From assembly GCA_964057225.1 (NCBI GenBank), contig OZ059897.1:15562001-15626000 (forward strand): 64,000 nucleotides of DNA, in the 5' to 3' direction. This stretch comes from Auanema rhodensis. Its lineage: Eukaryota > Animalia > Nematoda. The notes beneath the pieces were generated by a model. That model made no database searches. It had not been told where the DNA came from and saw only the letters and a program-made list of their open reading frames with translations. Positions 1-14,247 of the stretch are shown piece by piece (positions within the stretch are counted from its first letter, which is position 1; each line of letters opens with the position of its first letter). The position numbers and the translations under genes are program-made.

Positions 1-27
1 GATCTTCCTTTGATGTATTTTACATAG

Positions 28-2750
28 GATGGCATTTGTGCTGACCGATTTTGGCTGGATCGTGAGCATTGCTGCTGGTCTTCAAATGATACAGCTTATA
101 AGGTTTGTTTTAATGCTTGTAATTTTTTAACGAATAAGCTTAAAGGATAACGATTGTAATGCTTGGACAACGTGGCCGAAAGTTTTTGGCTACGAGAATG
201 AAAATTCATTTTATTATTTTGTCGACTATATATTCTACGTAGGATGGGCAGTATCGATGGCAACTCTTGCCGTTCTTCTTGTAAAAGTAAGGATTAAGGT
301 ATTGAAAAGCGGTCATTAACATATATAGGTGTTTGCTCCATACGCCTGCGGTTCTGGTATACCTGAAATTAAATGTATATTGTCAGGATTTGTAATTCGA
401 GGTTATCTCGGAAAATGGACTTTTATCATTAAGTCTGTTGGTCTTATGCTTTGTACGGCTTCAGGTAGTTTTTGGTTATAGTTCTCTAACTTTTGTTTTG
501 TTTAGGATTATCTTTGGGAAAAGAAGGACCTATGGTACATCTTGCATGCTGTATTGGAAACATTTTTTCCTATTTATTTCCTAAATATGGTATGAACGAA
601 GCCAAAAAACGTGAAATTTTATCAGCTTCCGCTGCCGCCGGTGTCAGTGTGGCTTTTGGAGCACCGATTGGAGGAGTTTTATTCAGGTTTTAATTTATAT
701 ATGTATATATTTTGAAACAATTGATTCAAAATATTAGTTTGGAAGAAGCTTCTTATTATTTTCCTCTGAAAACAATGTGGAGATCCTTCTTCTGTGCTTT
801 AGTTGCTGGTATTATTCTACGTATTGTAAATCCATTCGGAAGCGATCAAGTAGTATTCAGATTCTTATCCATGCTTATAAAATATTTTTAGACTTCACTT
901 TTTCATGTTGATTATATTATGCGTTGGACATTCGTTGAATTATTCCCATTTGCCGCTCTTGGAGCATTTGGGGCTGTATTGGGCTGCTTATTTATTTTTG
1001 CTAACATTAAGTAAGTATGATTCATTTAACATTTTTTTGTACTGTAGGGGTTTAGGTGGTGCAGATTCCGTAAAAATTCTAAAACATTGGGTGGAAATCC
1101 AATCTACGAAGTTGTTGTTGTTTCCTTTGTAACAGCGGCTATATCATACTTTAACCCTTACATGCGGAAAAGTGCTTCTTCTATGATTAAACAAGTTAGT
1201 TTTTTTTTTAATTTTGTCTGGTGTTATTCTCGTTTCCTTGCAGTTATTTGATCGGTGTGGACCAGAGGATTACATGGATAACCTTTGTGATTACAGTAAT
1301 CAAACATTCACATCTAACAAGGTTGACGATAATTATCACACTGGCGTGTTTGGAGAAGGAGTTCATGTTAGTTTGAGTTTCATATTTGTTAAGCTGTAAC
1401 ATATTAACTTTAGGGTGCTTTCATTCAATTGTTAACTGCTTTGATTTTCAAGTTTATTTTTACAATTTTTACTTTTGGTATTAAGGTATAATTTTCTATT
1501 TTACCCAGTTTATTTGTTACTTTTAGATCCCATGTGGCCTTTTTGTTCCGTCAATTGCTATGGGGGCAATTTCGGGACGAATAGTGGGCATGATGATGGA
1601 GAGCCTTTTTAGAAATCTACAGGTACCATTTCTTTTACATTTTATCCTTTCTACAAATGTTTTCAGGAGGATGGAATAAATGCTGGGCTATGGAGTTGTC
1701 AAATTGGAAAGGACTGTGTCATGCCTGGCGTATATGCAATGGTTGGTGCCGCAGCTGTTTTGAGCGGAACAACGAGGTTGATTTTACAGAATTAATTTGT
1801 TGTATTATTTTTTGTTATAGAATGACTGTATCACTTGTTGTGATCATGTTTGAGTTAACAGGCAGTTTGGAGCTGATTGTACCTACTATGGTTGCGACAA
1901 TGTTCTCAAAATGGATTGGCGACGCCATTTGCAAGGCGGTATGTATATGTTTAAAACAATTTTTGAAGAATTTGTTTAAGAGTATTTATGATGCTCACAT
2001 TGAGCTGAACGGATACCCGTTCTTAGACAATAAAGAAGAGTACCCTTATTCAACTGTTGCTATGCAGGTATGTTTAGAATTTAATGCCATCTGCAAGTTT
2101 TTCAAATAGGTGATGCGGCCTCCTCCTGGAGAAATCGACCAATTAGCTGTGCTAACAGAAGAAGGCTTAACTCTAGGCGATGTGGAAAAAATGTTGCGAG
2201 ACTCTAGTTATAGCGGTTTCCCGGTTGTGACATCCATGAATAGCATGTATTTGGTCGGCTATGTTACAAGGTTTGCTCTTTCTTATTTTTATTATTGTGT
2301 TTAAAATCAAATTTTATTAATTTTTCTTGACAGATCTGATCTGCTGGTGGCTCTACATACAGCAAGGAAAAATCAACAGTATATCGTAACATCTTCTCTG
2401 GTATATTTCACTGTTCAGGTATTCTTCTATTGTATCTTGGTTAATTTTAAAGCTTTGAATTAAGGTTCCTGAGGTAGTTCCAGGCGGTCCTGCACCATTG
2501 AAGCTAAGAAAAATAATTGATTTAGCTCCAATGACTATAACTGATCAAACTCCTATGGAGACTGTTATTGATATGTTTAGAAAATTAGGTTTAAGACAGG
2601 TAATTCAGAAAGTATCTATACCAAATATTATAATTCTTTCAGGTGTTGGTTACTAAAAATGGAAAAGTATTGGGAATCATCACCAAAAAAGACATTCTCC
2701 AGTTTATGCGAAACGTGCATTGTGGAATAACAAATCCAAATTTCAAGTGA
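28..2750 (+). CDS. clh-5: CLC-family 2Cl-/H+ exchanger, ClC-3/4/5 subgroup (multi-exon; 5' end lies upstream of the window)
   Basis: Spliced exons give [30 protein letters not shown] (gating Glu), [10 protein letters not shown] (proton Glu), GLFVP, IYDAHI and two CBS domains ending [27 protein letters not shown]. Stop TGA at 2748-2750. Confidence 0.93.
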
Positions 2751-3211
2751 TATTCGTAATATTTATTCCATATTTATTTATTTTCTCCAATAATGTGATA
2801 GAATCTCTCGACATCTTTTGGCCATTGTTTTATAATATATTATTTACTATCCATCCATAATAACGGTTATCTTAATTCTACCAGCGATTAGTATACCAAT
2901 TTTCCGTCATTCACATGTTACTTATATATTTTTTGAGAATTCTATTGCATTTGCTTTATGTAACTAGTCTTTTTGGCAAATTCTAGCATTGCACTTATAT
3001 TATTTTCTAGTCTTTTCTAATACTGATATAATATATTGAAATTCGCCTTGTATACATATTGATATGGTTAGGGTTTTTCTCGTCTTGTTTTACTGGTTTA
3101 TGAAGATTAATATTAATTTAGTCCACTTCACTAGATTTTGTTGAATATCACAGAATATTTTTGTGCAATGCGATGATACACATATAACGGTAGTATTTTT
3201 AGCCTGCTTGA

Positions 3212-5105
3212 ATGAAGGGGTTAGGTACATCAATTGCGCCAATTCATGCAGGAATTAAGTATGATTTGGATCAAATGCTAATGAAATTTAAAGAATGCGG
3301 GTCCGTTAGGTTTGTTTTTTGTTAATGTTTTCAAGTTTTCGAAGGATATATTTCTAGGTTCCGAGAGTTTTCTAAAGTATTTCGCGATTTAGAAATGCAT
3401 TTAATTTACTATGGACGGCAAAATTGCGCAGAACTTGTTGAAGTTTGTGTTTAAGAAACCGCTTTGCTCTAAATTATTATTTAGTTTACTGAAAGACTCC
3501 TTCAAATAGCTGTCTCTTACTTGGCTCCTACAAAAACGTTTTCAAGTTCTACTGGGTTTCAAGCCCTTGAACCTACTGACCCAGATTATGAATACACAGT
3601 ACAGCTTTTAAGCATAACGTTTGATAATTTGTTCTTTCAGAATCGAATTTTTGGTGTTTACGTCTGCTATGCATTTTTCTATGTTCAACCAAAAGATTAT
3701 GTTTCTCAAGTTTGATACACCGGAACAATTTTAGGATATGCCTATTTAACATTTAGATTCGAATCACTCCTGCCCAAATGAACTCCGTAACTCAATTTAT
3801 TCAGCTTTACTTATTACCTGAAAGCCACTATGATACACTAGCCTGCCTGTACAAATTAGTCGATGATTCCGCTTTCAAGATTGTTATGTTTGAAACTTGC
3901 GTATGGCAAAATCTTTTATATTGGGGATATATTCTCTGAATTTTAGTTCGATCCAGTCACTCATAAACGATATGATATGCCAGATACTGATGAACTATGT
4001 AACGATGCACCTGAACCCCAATTTAACTTGGCAAAATCGCTCGTTGACGATCCTTTACTAGCTGTAATAATTAATGCTACATTTTCTCTTTCATTAACTG
4101 ATTTAGCAAATTGAACTTGTCCATAAGAAATATGCTCAAGGAAAAGAAAATTTAAAAGTTGGAATGAAGTTACCAAAAGACCCTCTTGAAATTTGTCGGA
4201 AGTATTTGCTTTCATTATTAACTTATTTTAAATGCATTCTTACAGCTTATATGGAGAAGCACAAAAGAGATTCCAGGACGAAATAAAGACAGCTGAGACA
4301 ATTATGGTTGGTTACATTATGAATATAAACAATTATGCATTTATGTTCAGCTTGATCCATCGTCGCAAGAATTGAAGCCAACTGTACCTCGTAGCTCAAT
4401 TAAAGAGAAAGCGTATTCATCCAAGATCCAACATTCTCGTAATAGAAGATATGCTGATCCAGAGATGGAAGGTCAGGGCTGGAAGATATATTAATTCATG
4501 CTAGTTTATTTAAGAGAATTTCGGTGAATTAGTTACAAATCAAGGGGAAGAAATGGAACTACATAATAGTCCCAACAAAACGAAGAAAGGACGTAGATCG
4601 TGAGAACCTTTGACATTGATAATTTTACTAATTTCTTTATGCAGACGCAATTTACCTTCAACTTCTACCGTTATGGAAGATAAGGATAAGACGTTAGACA
4701 TGCTAGTTCAAGATATTCAAAATGTTTCGAATTTTTGTTTTATCTAGTTTAAAACCATATTTTCAGAGTCCAAGAAAAAGAAATCGACGTAAGACAGTTG
4801 AACAAGCTGGGCTTGAAGGTAATAATATCTTTTATATTTGTATGTTATTTTTCTATTTTAGAACGTTCTTCAACTCAAGAAACAGAAGATTCTGATATAT
4901 TCAAGTATTTTATTCTTTATTAATTATTTTAACTTATATCTGTTTTTCTAGTTATTCTTTCTCTGAAAGCCCTGCTGGTTCAAAGAAGAAAGGAAAAAGA
5001 CTTCCGGCACGCCCTATACTTCCATCTGACTTTGAAGTTACTAAAATGTTGGAAACACCATCGTTTTTAGAAGATATTAATATAGATGATCTCAGAGCTG
5101 ACTAG
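3212..5105 (+). CDS. snpc-1: snRNA-activating protein complex subunit 1 (SNAPC1/SNAP43-like), multi-exon
   Basis: Acceptor TTTTTAG at 3196-3202, then ATG 3212. Spliced N-terminus: AGIKYDLDQMLMKFKECGSVRFREFSKVFRDLEMHLIYYGRQN...NRIFGVYVCYAFFYVQPKDYVSQIRIT...HYDTLACLYKLVDDSAFKIV. This is colinear with the SNAP43 domain (human DSVRFEDF...RVGALYLLYGLYNTQ...KIRV...HFDAAYIFRKLRLDRAF). Low-complexity C-terminus; stop TAG at 5103-5105. The paralog number cannot be assigned. Confidence 0.8.
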
Positions 5106-5462
5106 AGCTCTATTATTGAACCCAAAATTACAATATTTCTGAAGTTTTAATCTTTCTGCGAAAATAGCTATGGGTATACTATTTTTTGTTGAAAAAGAAA
5201 GTTTACTGATTATGCGATGAAAATTAGAATAGCTTTAGTTTTTAAAAGTTCTCATACAACTTGTTTTCAATATTTTCCTAATATAAAAAATGATAATAAT
5301 AGTTAGAATTATTCTATATATGTACATTCATATATATTGGGACAGGTAACTCTTCTATAAATAGATTATGCTACTCGGATTGACGCTCTGAATGCCACCG
5401 GTCTATACAAGGAAATGCATTTAAAATGCTAGGAGATGTTCACGTTTCTTTCCCGAAGAATT

Positions 5463-8025
5463 CTAATATGCGTTCTCAATTGAGAAAATTGCTTTAGGAA
5501 GCCCATCTTCTGAGTCTTCGTCTGATTCAACTGATGATACTGAATCTGTGCGACCAGTAGGCTTAAGAAAAGTATCAAGTTTAAAAATAATTATATAACA
5601 ATACCCTTTTCAAAGCCTTTTCAATGAACCTTGCACAATTCGGGTGCTTGAAGAAATTAGCATCATCCAGAGGCGTTCTCCCCCATCTAAAAGCTTTTTC
5701 AGTTTTAATTTTTAATTATTGATATGACCTATCCATTGTGTCCACTTTCACTTTTGCTACGTTGACAAGGAACTTAATCATAGGTAGATTCCCTTCAGAT
5801 GCAGCCACATGAAGAGCAGTACGTTTATCATAATCACAAGTCGACAAATCAACTTCTTGCATATATAATCTAAACAATTATAGGCATTTCATAGAAAATT
5901 CTCAAAGTCCGTTACCTCCTCATGGCAACCAAATCACCCGATCGTGCTACATATAGAACAGGAAGACTTCGGTCTCGTTCTCTCAAATCACGACGCCGTG
6001 GATCAATTTTGTTATTTACAGTATGTAACAGACAGTCATAGTTATGGAAATTAAACATAGAAACCAATTTCTGCAGAAAAACAGTTTTTACATTAATTCC
6101 CATATAATTTAATTAATTTACCTTACAAAAAGCTACACCCCGTACACTATTTCCCATTTTATCTAATGGGGGTGACCATAGGCATATGCCCATGACATTT
6201 GGAATAACAACGATCATAACTCCAGAAACTCCTGATTTTGCTGGTAATCCAACCTTTAATTCTTAATATTTTAAAACCTATTCACAGGATATCTCACTGT
6301 GAATGAAAATTGACCAGAAGCGTCGTACATTCCGCAACTGTACATAAGAGAAAGAACATCACGACAGGGATGAGAGTCAATGCATTTTTCGTAAGTGATA
6401 GGACAAACCCCTGTCATTTATAGATTACTATTCAAATTCGATCAGCTCTAACTACCTCCATTTGCTAATGTTGCGGCCATAACACTTAAAGATTCACATG
6501 TTCCTTCTATTGAGCATAGTTGAAAGTAGAAATCCAGAGCATCAGTAAGAGATTTAGTCTAATTATAAAAATCGATTGTAGATTTTTCTTAAAATTATTT
6601 GCTTACCTCTGGAGGAAAGCAATGATTTTCTTTCATGTAGTAGGCTAAAGCATAATTCCGATCAGCTGTAGATCTTTCAGATAAAAATCTAAAAGTAGTG
6701 TAAAATACTCTGCAGAATTGACGATAAACGAACGTGGCATTGTTAAATCCAATGTATTCGCCTCCAGCAATACGACGGTATTCTGTAAGAACCTGGAAAT
6801 ATTTGATCACTGTTGTTCCAAACGTCATTTTATTTCTTAAATTTTCTTACATGTTCAAAACGATCAGCCATATCCAGTTTATTTTTAATTAATGACGTCA
6901 CAATAATTGCACCGGAATTAACCATGGGGTTGTGAGGTTTATCTGCACAATCATATCTTTATATAGGTTTTAAATCTACTTTACTTTTAGAATCCAAACA
7001 TATTTCGTTGAAGAATCGACCACTAGGTTCTTGGCCGACGTAAGCATGAACAACATCGGCACCTAAAATTCAGTGTTAACAACAATTATTTATCTCAATT
7101 CAAAACACTACCTAAGTCTGAAGCTGCTATAGCATAGTTGAATGCCTTTGAAACTGATTGAACACAAAAAGGAACCTTTGAATCACCCAGAGAAACCTGA
7201 TAAACAATTAATGATGTTGCTAATTACATTTCTAGTTAACCCGCTGACCATCCACAGTACAGATTGCCATTCCCCACTGTTTTGGGGATTGTCTAGCTAA
7301 TTGGGGGATATAATCCGCAACTTGTCCTCCTGTTTCTTCTGCACACTAAATTTTTTTATTAAGTTTTGTTTTCTATTTACACAAACTTCATGAAAAATTT
7401 GTTTGATTGTTTCAACGAACTGTTGCCAACATGGAATTACTAAATCATTTTGCAAGGCCGTGGAGATTAGATCAACACATCCACTTATGCATCTGGAAAT
7501 CATTTTCATTTTTTTTTTCAAAATTATGAAAACGAAACTCTTTGAACTGATCACGACTAAGTTTCCAATGTTTCTGCTCTTGTTGTTCATTATTTCTCTC
7601 TTCTTCTTCTTTTTCGATGGCGTGTAGCTTAGTCATCAATGGTAACATTCGGGGATCTTTCTCACGAAGACCAAAAGATTTAAGTACCTAATCCGTTCGT
7701 GTTTTTATTGAATTTAATCATAAATTTGACAAACCGATAACAAACGTCCAATAGAGGCTTCATTTTTTCCAGGAATTTTGAATAGGTCAAAAATGGTATC
7801 CTCTTGTCCTTTATCTCGTTCATATGGGTTTGATAATCCTCGTAATGATTGACTGAGTGAAGTCATGGACATTTTTTTATCCAAAAGTCCGCCCATGACT
7901 TCAACTATAACAGTAAGATAAAAAAGTTTATAAGAAAGAGAAATAAAGTTTAAAAAAATAAAAACCTCACGTGTTCGAGCAGACGGAACCTTAGGCATTT
8001 CATAAGTGATTGGTCGAAGTTCCAT
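5463..8025 (-). CDS. glna-2: Glutaminase with C-terminal ankyrin repeats (multi-exon; start may extend upstream)
   Basis: [29 protein letters not shown], catalytic [57 protein letters not shown], ankyrin [15 protein letters not shown]. Stop at 5465-5463. ATG 8025 follows an acceptor at 8031. Confidence 0.92.
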
Positions 8026-9932
8026 ACGGTCTATAAGTTTAAATCTTATATTTAATATAAAAAAAACAAAGAACTTGTTTTCTTAAAATGATTAAAAGAA
8101 AGGAATAATGAAAAATCGTGTTTAGTTTCACACGAATAACGATGATGAAAATGAACCCAAGATGTAAACAGCTGAGAGCGCTATCACAGAAGCGCGAATT
8201 ATATGCTGACCTTTCCAACAATTAAAAGAAACATTAGTAAAGCATAATAAGCATTTTGAGATAGACGTTGAAATTTTTAAATAGAAAAAGTGATTATAAG
8301 TAAAAAAGTACTATCAATTGAATCAGTTGTGAATGATTTGACAGAATAAACTGAAACTCGTGAAAAATGTATGAAAACCATGGAATGAAAATACTGTCCC
8401 AGAAAAACGAATTATTCGTGTTGAAGAAAACTAGCAAAAGACTTTTGAGAGAATGTTTTTGTTGTTTTTCTCTTCATACAACTATATCTGAATTTTGATA
8501 TATAAATGGAACCAGGCATAAGATAAGCATCTGTTTTCTAATCGAAGAGGAAGAATGTGTTTTTCAGTCATAGTAGATTTAGAAAGAAAATAATAGTTTA
8601 AAGATATTCTCTTCACTCTAAATCGAGTCCAAGAATCAATAGAATTAACAGTCATTCACCGAAATAAGCCGAGAAGTTGGTTTTCCTTTTTCATCGATAG
8701 TCTCGAATTCGGATAGGAACCTGAAAAGGAGACATAATTTTGCTATAAGTGGTTGATTGTGCGTAGCCGTCCTCTATCTATCTCTGAATTATTTGATGTC
8801 AGTAAAAGTGCGATGACGTGATGCTAAAGGATACGAAGAATCGTCAAACGTCAAAGTTGGAACAAGCATAATTTATTTCTTGAGTCTAATAAAAAAAGAA
8901 ATGATTTATTTTTACTATCTTTATTGATTGTATTTTATCTTTTTCAAATTTAGATAAGATGAACTGAACAGGGTTTTGTATCATTGTGAATTTCTCCAAA
9001 AATAAGAAGAAAGAAAAAGAGAGAATAATAGAAAAAGAGAAAGAGATTGGGAGGAGTTGAAAGATCAGATTTAGTGCAAAAATACCTTGCACGTAGCTGT
9101 AAAATATGATTTCTGATGTTTTTATCGTCACAACGTCTACTAATTAGCTTTAGAAGTGATCTATCATCGTGTTGATCATCATTTTTTTAATCCACTGAAA
9201 AAAATCACTAGAGGGGAAGCAATGATGTTGGGTAATTCGTATTATCACACAAAAGTTCAGCAAAATACTTCCGTCATAATAGGATTCCGTTTTAGCTTAA
9301 TTCTTATTCATTAAAACAGCAAGGTGAATGTAACATCAAAGATATGGAATATTCACTTGATTATGTCTCATAGTGTGTTCAGGAACCTTCTAATCACAGT
9401 TCCTGATCCAACAACTTCCGAATTTTAAGTTTAAGCAACGAATATGCTGTAAAAGGGTTCACTTCGCCACCTATGTAGAACCGGAACTCTTTAACCTTTA
9501 TGTAACAGTTTTTCTATATATTTGTATTCGAGAACAGCTTAGGTTTTCAGCTAATCGGATTTGACATCTATGGAAAGTTATCTCTACACAATATTACAAA
9601 AGACAAGCTTCGCGAGGTCAAAAGGGCGAGGAGTATCTTACTTTAAGTAGTGCCGCCATTACTTCTCTTCAGAAGCTTCTCTCATAGAGACTCATGACTG
9701 CTGGTAGCTGTAAGCCATTTTATGTTTACTTTAATTTATTTTATTATAAATTGTTGTCTTCACATTTTTTCATATGATTATTTAACTATGAATAGTCTAC
9801 TTTGTGGTAATGCTTAACTTCAATAACTATGTTCTTGAGCTTCTTCTGGAAATGATTCAGTTTATTTACCTATTTGTTCAATTTTTTGAATAAATTTTCT
9901 TTTAATATCATGATTAGGCATTTATTCTTCAG

Positions 9933-12096
9933 ATGGATATCAAACTATTGTTGTTATTCCTCTGTATTTCGTCTACAGATGCTTTAAATAAACGTCAAAA
10001 AAAGGTTTGAAATATATACTTGAGCTTATTTTCTTGAATCGTACGATTTCAGTTGATCAACGATAATTTTTTATCCGGCGGTCGACGAAGTATGGCAGAA
10101 ATGAATAAGATTCATCAAAAACTTGCTAAGCTTCGAGAACGGACTACGAAAGAAGTGCGTAAAGTGGAGGAACCGTTTTTCTTGGTATGTCTCAGTTTTT
10201 GATCCAGAAAAATCAAATCAATAATATATTTTAGTTAAGTCATGATGATGAAATAACATTACCAAAGCAACCAAAAGATAACATGAATGAAATCATGATT
10301 AATAGGAATTCTATTCTTCAAGACTATCTTTATCAAGTAGATTGAATTTTTTAAACATTTAAATTACTCTTAAATAGGGAGATATAGCATTAACTGTTGG
10401 ACAGTTAGATCAAATCTTGGAAGAAAAACAAGGAACGAGACCCAAAAGATTAGCAATTAAGGATAGCCGATGGCCTTCGAGCAAATGGCAGAATAATACA
10501 GTCCCCTATTATTTTGATGGATCGTTACGTATGTATCTTGAAGCAACAACACACTATTTTTTCTTTTAGCTAGTAAAACACGACAAAGAGTTAGGGAAGC
10601 CATGGATTTCTGGGAAGATAATACATGTCTTCGTTTTAAGCATGATTACAGAGGCAATCCCTCTTTAAGAATTTTCTATGTATGATATACGGTAAACTTT
10701 AGTATAGATGATTTCGTATATTACAGGGTTATGGATGTTGGAGTTATATTGGCCGACAGGCAGCTTGGACTTCACAAGATATTTCACTCGGACAGGATTG
10801 TGAATTACATGTATCACTTCCCAAAATAGAAATAACATAGCAATAAAACAATTTTAGTTTGGTATACTCACCCACGAACTAATGCATGCTTTGGGATTTT
10901 ATCATGAGCATGCTAGACCAGATCGGGATGACTACATATACCTTAACTCTAATAATATTCAACGAGGAAGATCTGACCAATTCAGAAAAGTAAATTAATA
11001 CAACATGTAAGATTTTAATCATTGCATATTTAGGAGCTTCTAACTATTGACGACTCTTCTATTCCATATGAATACGGCAGCGTTATGCACTATCCCGCTG
11101 GTAATTACTGCTTCTCATTGAACAGTTTAAAACTGTTCTTGTTTTTTTTAGATTTATACGCTAAGGATAAGAGCATGCCTGTTATATATCCTAAGGATGT
11201 AAAACATGTCAACACAATGGGCCAACGAAATCGTCCATCTTTTTTGGACATTAAGCAGGTCAATGATTTATACAAATGTCAAGGTATTATCATTATATCC
11301 GCTATTTTGTAAAAAGACACATGAAACTTTTAAGATGCTTGTAATGTTACACTGACATGCCTTCATGGAGGATATCCTCATCCCAACGATTGCACAAAGT
11401 GTTTATGTCCTCAGGGTTTTGCTGGTATCAACTGTAATGATATCGAAAAAGCAACACCTGGTCAAAATTGTGGAGGAATTATTTTAGTAAGATATGATTT
11501 GGAAAAATTAACAAATATTGATGGTATAGGCTTCTGAATCTTGGGAAACATTATCAGGAAATATTTCCTCTAATAGACCTTACTACGATTTCGCTTTCCG
11601 ACCTGAACAATGTTATTGGCAAATTCAAGTATGTCCTATTACAATTACCTATGATTATATCAATATGATATATTTACTTTTTAAGGCACCAGAGGGGAAA
11701 CGTATTTCTGTTCGCATCCAAGAATTAAGAAGTCCATGCGTTACAGCTTGCACTTACAACAGCGTTGAAGTTAAAGTCAAAAATATGGCTATGACAGGAA
11801 ATAGGTAAAGAACATGTTATATCAGTTTGTACACTATTATAAAATATTATGTAGATTATGCTGCAAAGAGGATATTGGAACTTCTTTCGTTAGTGATTCT
11901 AACATTGCTGTGATTGGTGCATTTGCTCGTCTAGGGTCAACATCTTTCAAACTTCAATATATTGCTTGTAAGTTATTAATGTTCAATCTATATACAGTAT
12001 AATAGAAATAGAAGTAATTCATAACTTATATTTAAATTTACTTTCTTTTTTTTTCGTTTCACATTTTTACTTCAAAATTCAATATTTTCAGATTGA
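9933..12096 (+). CDS. Secreted astacin (M12A, nas-family) metalloprotease: signal peptide, prodomain, catalytic domain, EGF, CUB
   Basis: Signal [17 protein letters not shown]; prodomain YQGDIALT with RPKR cleavage site; zinc motif [19 protein letters not shown]; Met-turn YEYGSVMHY; [26 protein letters not shown]; CUB CYWQIQAPEGKRI. The last exon is either a 5-nt mini-exon (12092-12096) or read-through to TAA at 12002. Confidence 0.9.
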
Positions 12097-12534
12097 TCAT
12101 CTTACTAACGATTGAGTGTACAATCAGAATTATGTAAATTATCTACGGGTTCAACATTTGTCTGTACAAAAGAAAATATTTGTAATTGAAAATGAATTTT
12201 GTCTTTTTTTTGTTTTCTATCTATGCTGTATAATGCAAACTACAATGCTTTGATTTATTTCGCATGAGTTAAGTAAAAAATTTTAAAATTACCAAAGACA
12301 TTGAATGTATGATAAATAAAATTACACTATCAATAATAGTTTAACGTTAGCAAATTTTTAATAGTCAGTAAAAATCAGTAATACTATAAAATAGCCGATA
12401 TAATAATTGTTTTATACCCTTAATAGCCAAAGGTTTGACCCATTGATACTTATGCCCCAACTCAAATTACAGTATACTAGCGATTGAGAATCCAAAAAAG
12501 TTCAAGCTGTAGTGTAATCAAGCTTCACAACTAT

Positions 12535-13118
12535 ATGAAACTATCTGTTTTAAAACAAGTGCTTTTCCGTGGATCGGACGGCAATACTCACTGGAAAGAA
12601 ATCAGTCAACTAACACTTCCAAAAGGACAGAAGACATTATCTTTCAAAGCGGTTAGTTAATTTGCTGTTTCTTTGCTTCTGTTTAATAGTACATACGTAT
12701 GAATATATTAGTAAAATACTAGTCGCTTCGGTCTCGCACTGGATAGCATAGTATTACATAAACAATTTTTCGTCAGAATACAGACTATTTTTACTTTTGC
12801 ATGGATCGAATCGGTTGATCATTTTTTCACATTATATATTTTTCAGCCTGCCCTATTAGTATTCGTTGGTTGTATGGGAGTGTTTGTGTATGCACAGTTC
12901 CAAGAAACAGTAAATCCTGATTCTAATTGGGGAGGTGATACTTTTATTTATATTTCAAATTAAATGATTGTATTACAGTTGTCTATAAAAGTCTAGTAAC
13001 CGATCCACTGAAATGGTTAGGTGCGGATAAGATGGACGGTCAACCCATCCCAAGCCCCTCTTCACATATAAAGTTGGTTTCACATTTTACCAATTATTAT
13101 TTGTATATTTTAAGGTAG
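12535..13118 (+). CDS. Small uncharacterised single-pass membrane protein (middle exon structure unresolved)
   Basis: ATG 12535 opens MKLSVLKQVLFRGSDGNTHWKEI..., followed by ~40-nt GT-AG introns. Downstream exons read PALLVFVGCMGVFVYAQFQETVNPDSNWGVVYKSLVTDPLKWLGADKMDGQPIPSPSSHIK*. AATAAA follows at ~13126. No family recognised. Confidence 0.5.
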
Positions 13119-14247
13119 AGAATTCAATAAAAGGATCTCGTAAAAATAGATATTTCTATATTTATTGTTCTTCCGTATCCGTATTATCGTTGACGATTAC
13201 ATGTATGTAAAGTTTTCAGAATGTCATTAGTTATAGTTGAATTATAATTGCTAATAAAATTGTCTTTAGGGATTAAACGAAATACTTAACTTTATTTAAA
13301 AATAATGAAATCTAAGAAATTCAGAAGTATGGACAGCTGAATAACATTTTAAAAACATATAATAGTGCCATGCTGAAGAAAAAATCAATCTTTTATGCTT
13401 TTATTATCGCTATTATTATATATTAATAGAAGAGAAATAATAATACGAATACAAATAAACTGAACAATTTTATTTCCGCTGTTTTACATTTTCTACAATA
13501 CTAAAAAACAGTCTGAAATAAAAATTCCAGGAAAATATGTTCACGTAATTAATGAAAGGATTTATGCGATTTAATAATTCGGGCACAAAGGTATTTTAAT
13601 ATTCTCATACAGAAACAACATAACTGTAACAATTATACTTTGAAGTACGAGCTTTTATAGACGTTTCTTATAAATATTATATTGTTTTATTATTAAATGA
13701 TTTAAATACTTTAAAATTATATATGAAACTACAAATCAGATCAGTTCACTTATAAAAGTATAAGATTGCTGACTTGACTACATTATTTTCTGGCATGATG
13801 CCCGGTATCTATGAAGATAGCAGAGACTGTAATTTACTATTATTCGTCCGATATTTTTGTGATAAGCATAATGTGACTAGACTGCAGTTTTTAAAAAATT
13901 AGAATCTTTTGAAGTCTCGATTTCTATTGGATCTATTGATCCTGAAGATAAGAATGACCTTTTTCAAAGTCTTCCGTTAGCGGGAATTTCGAAAATATTT
14001 TAACATAAGTTCGATATTGATTTTTGCTTTTATACATTCAGTTTATCGTCCATTGTATCACAAGTTGTTTTTTCTGGCTCCGTGAGTTTCCAAAGTGAAG
14101 AAGAGCTTCTCATCATTTCACGATGTTTAATGTAAATAGACAAGGCTACTTCTTTCTTTATTTTATTTTTGAAATACTGTTTTCTTTTTTGATCAGTAAC
14201 TGTATTTTTTGATTCCATTTTAATTCGTTGATCTTATTCTGTTACAG

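Noticed and set aside
8660-8720. Minus-strand exon-like segment upstream of glna-2 (possible coding exon or uORF)
   Set aside because: Splice signals are good, but no phase-compatible join to the glna-2 frame was found. Left unassigned.
9643-9665. TTAAGTAGTGCCGC resembles miR-251/252
   Set aside because: It lacks 3 internal nt of the recalled mature sequences, and I could not fold it into one arm of a pre-miRNA hairpin.
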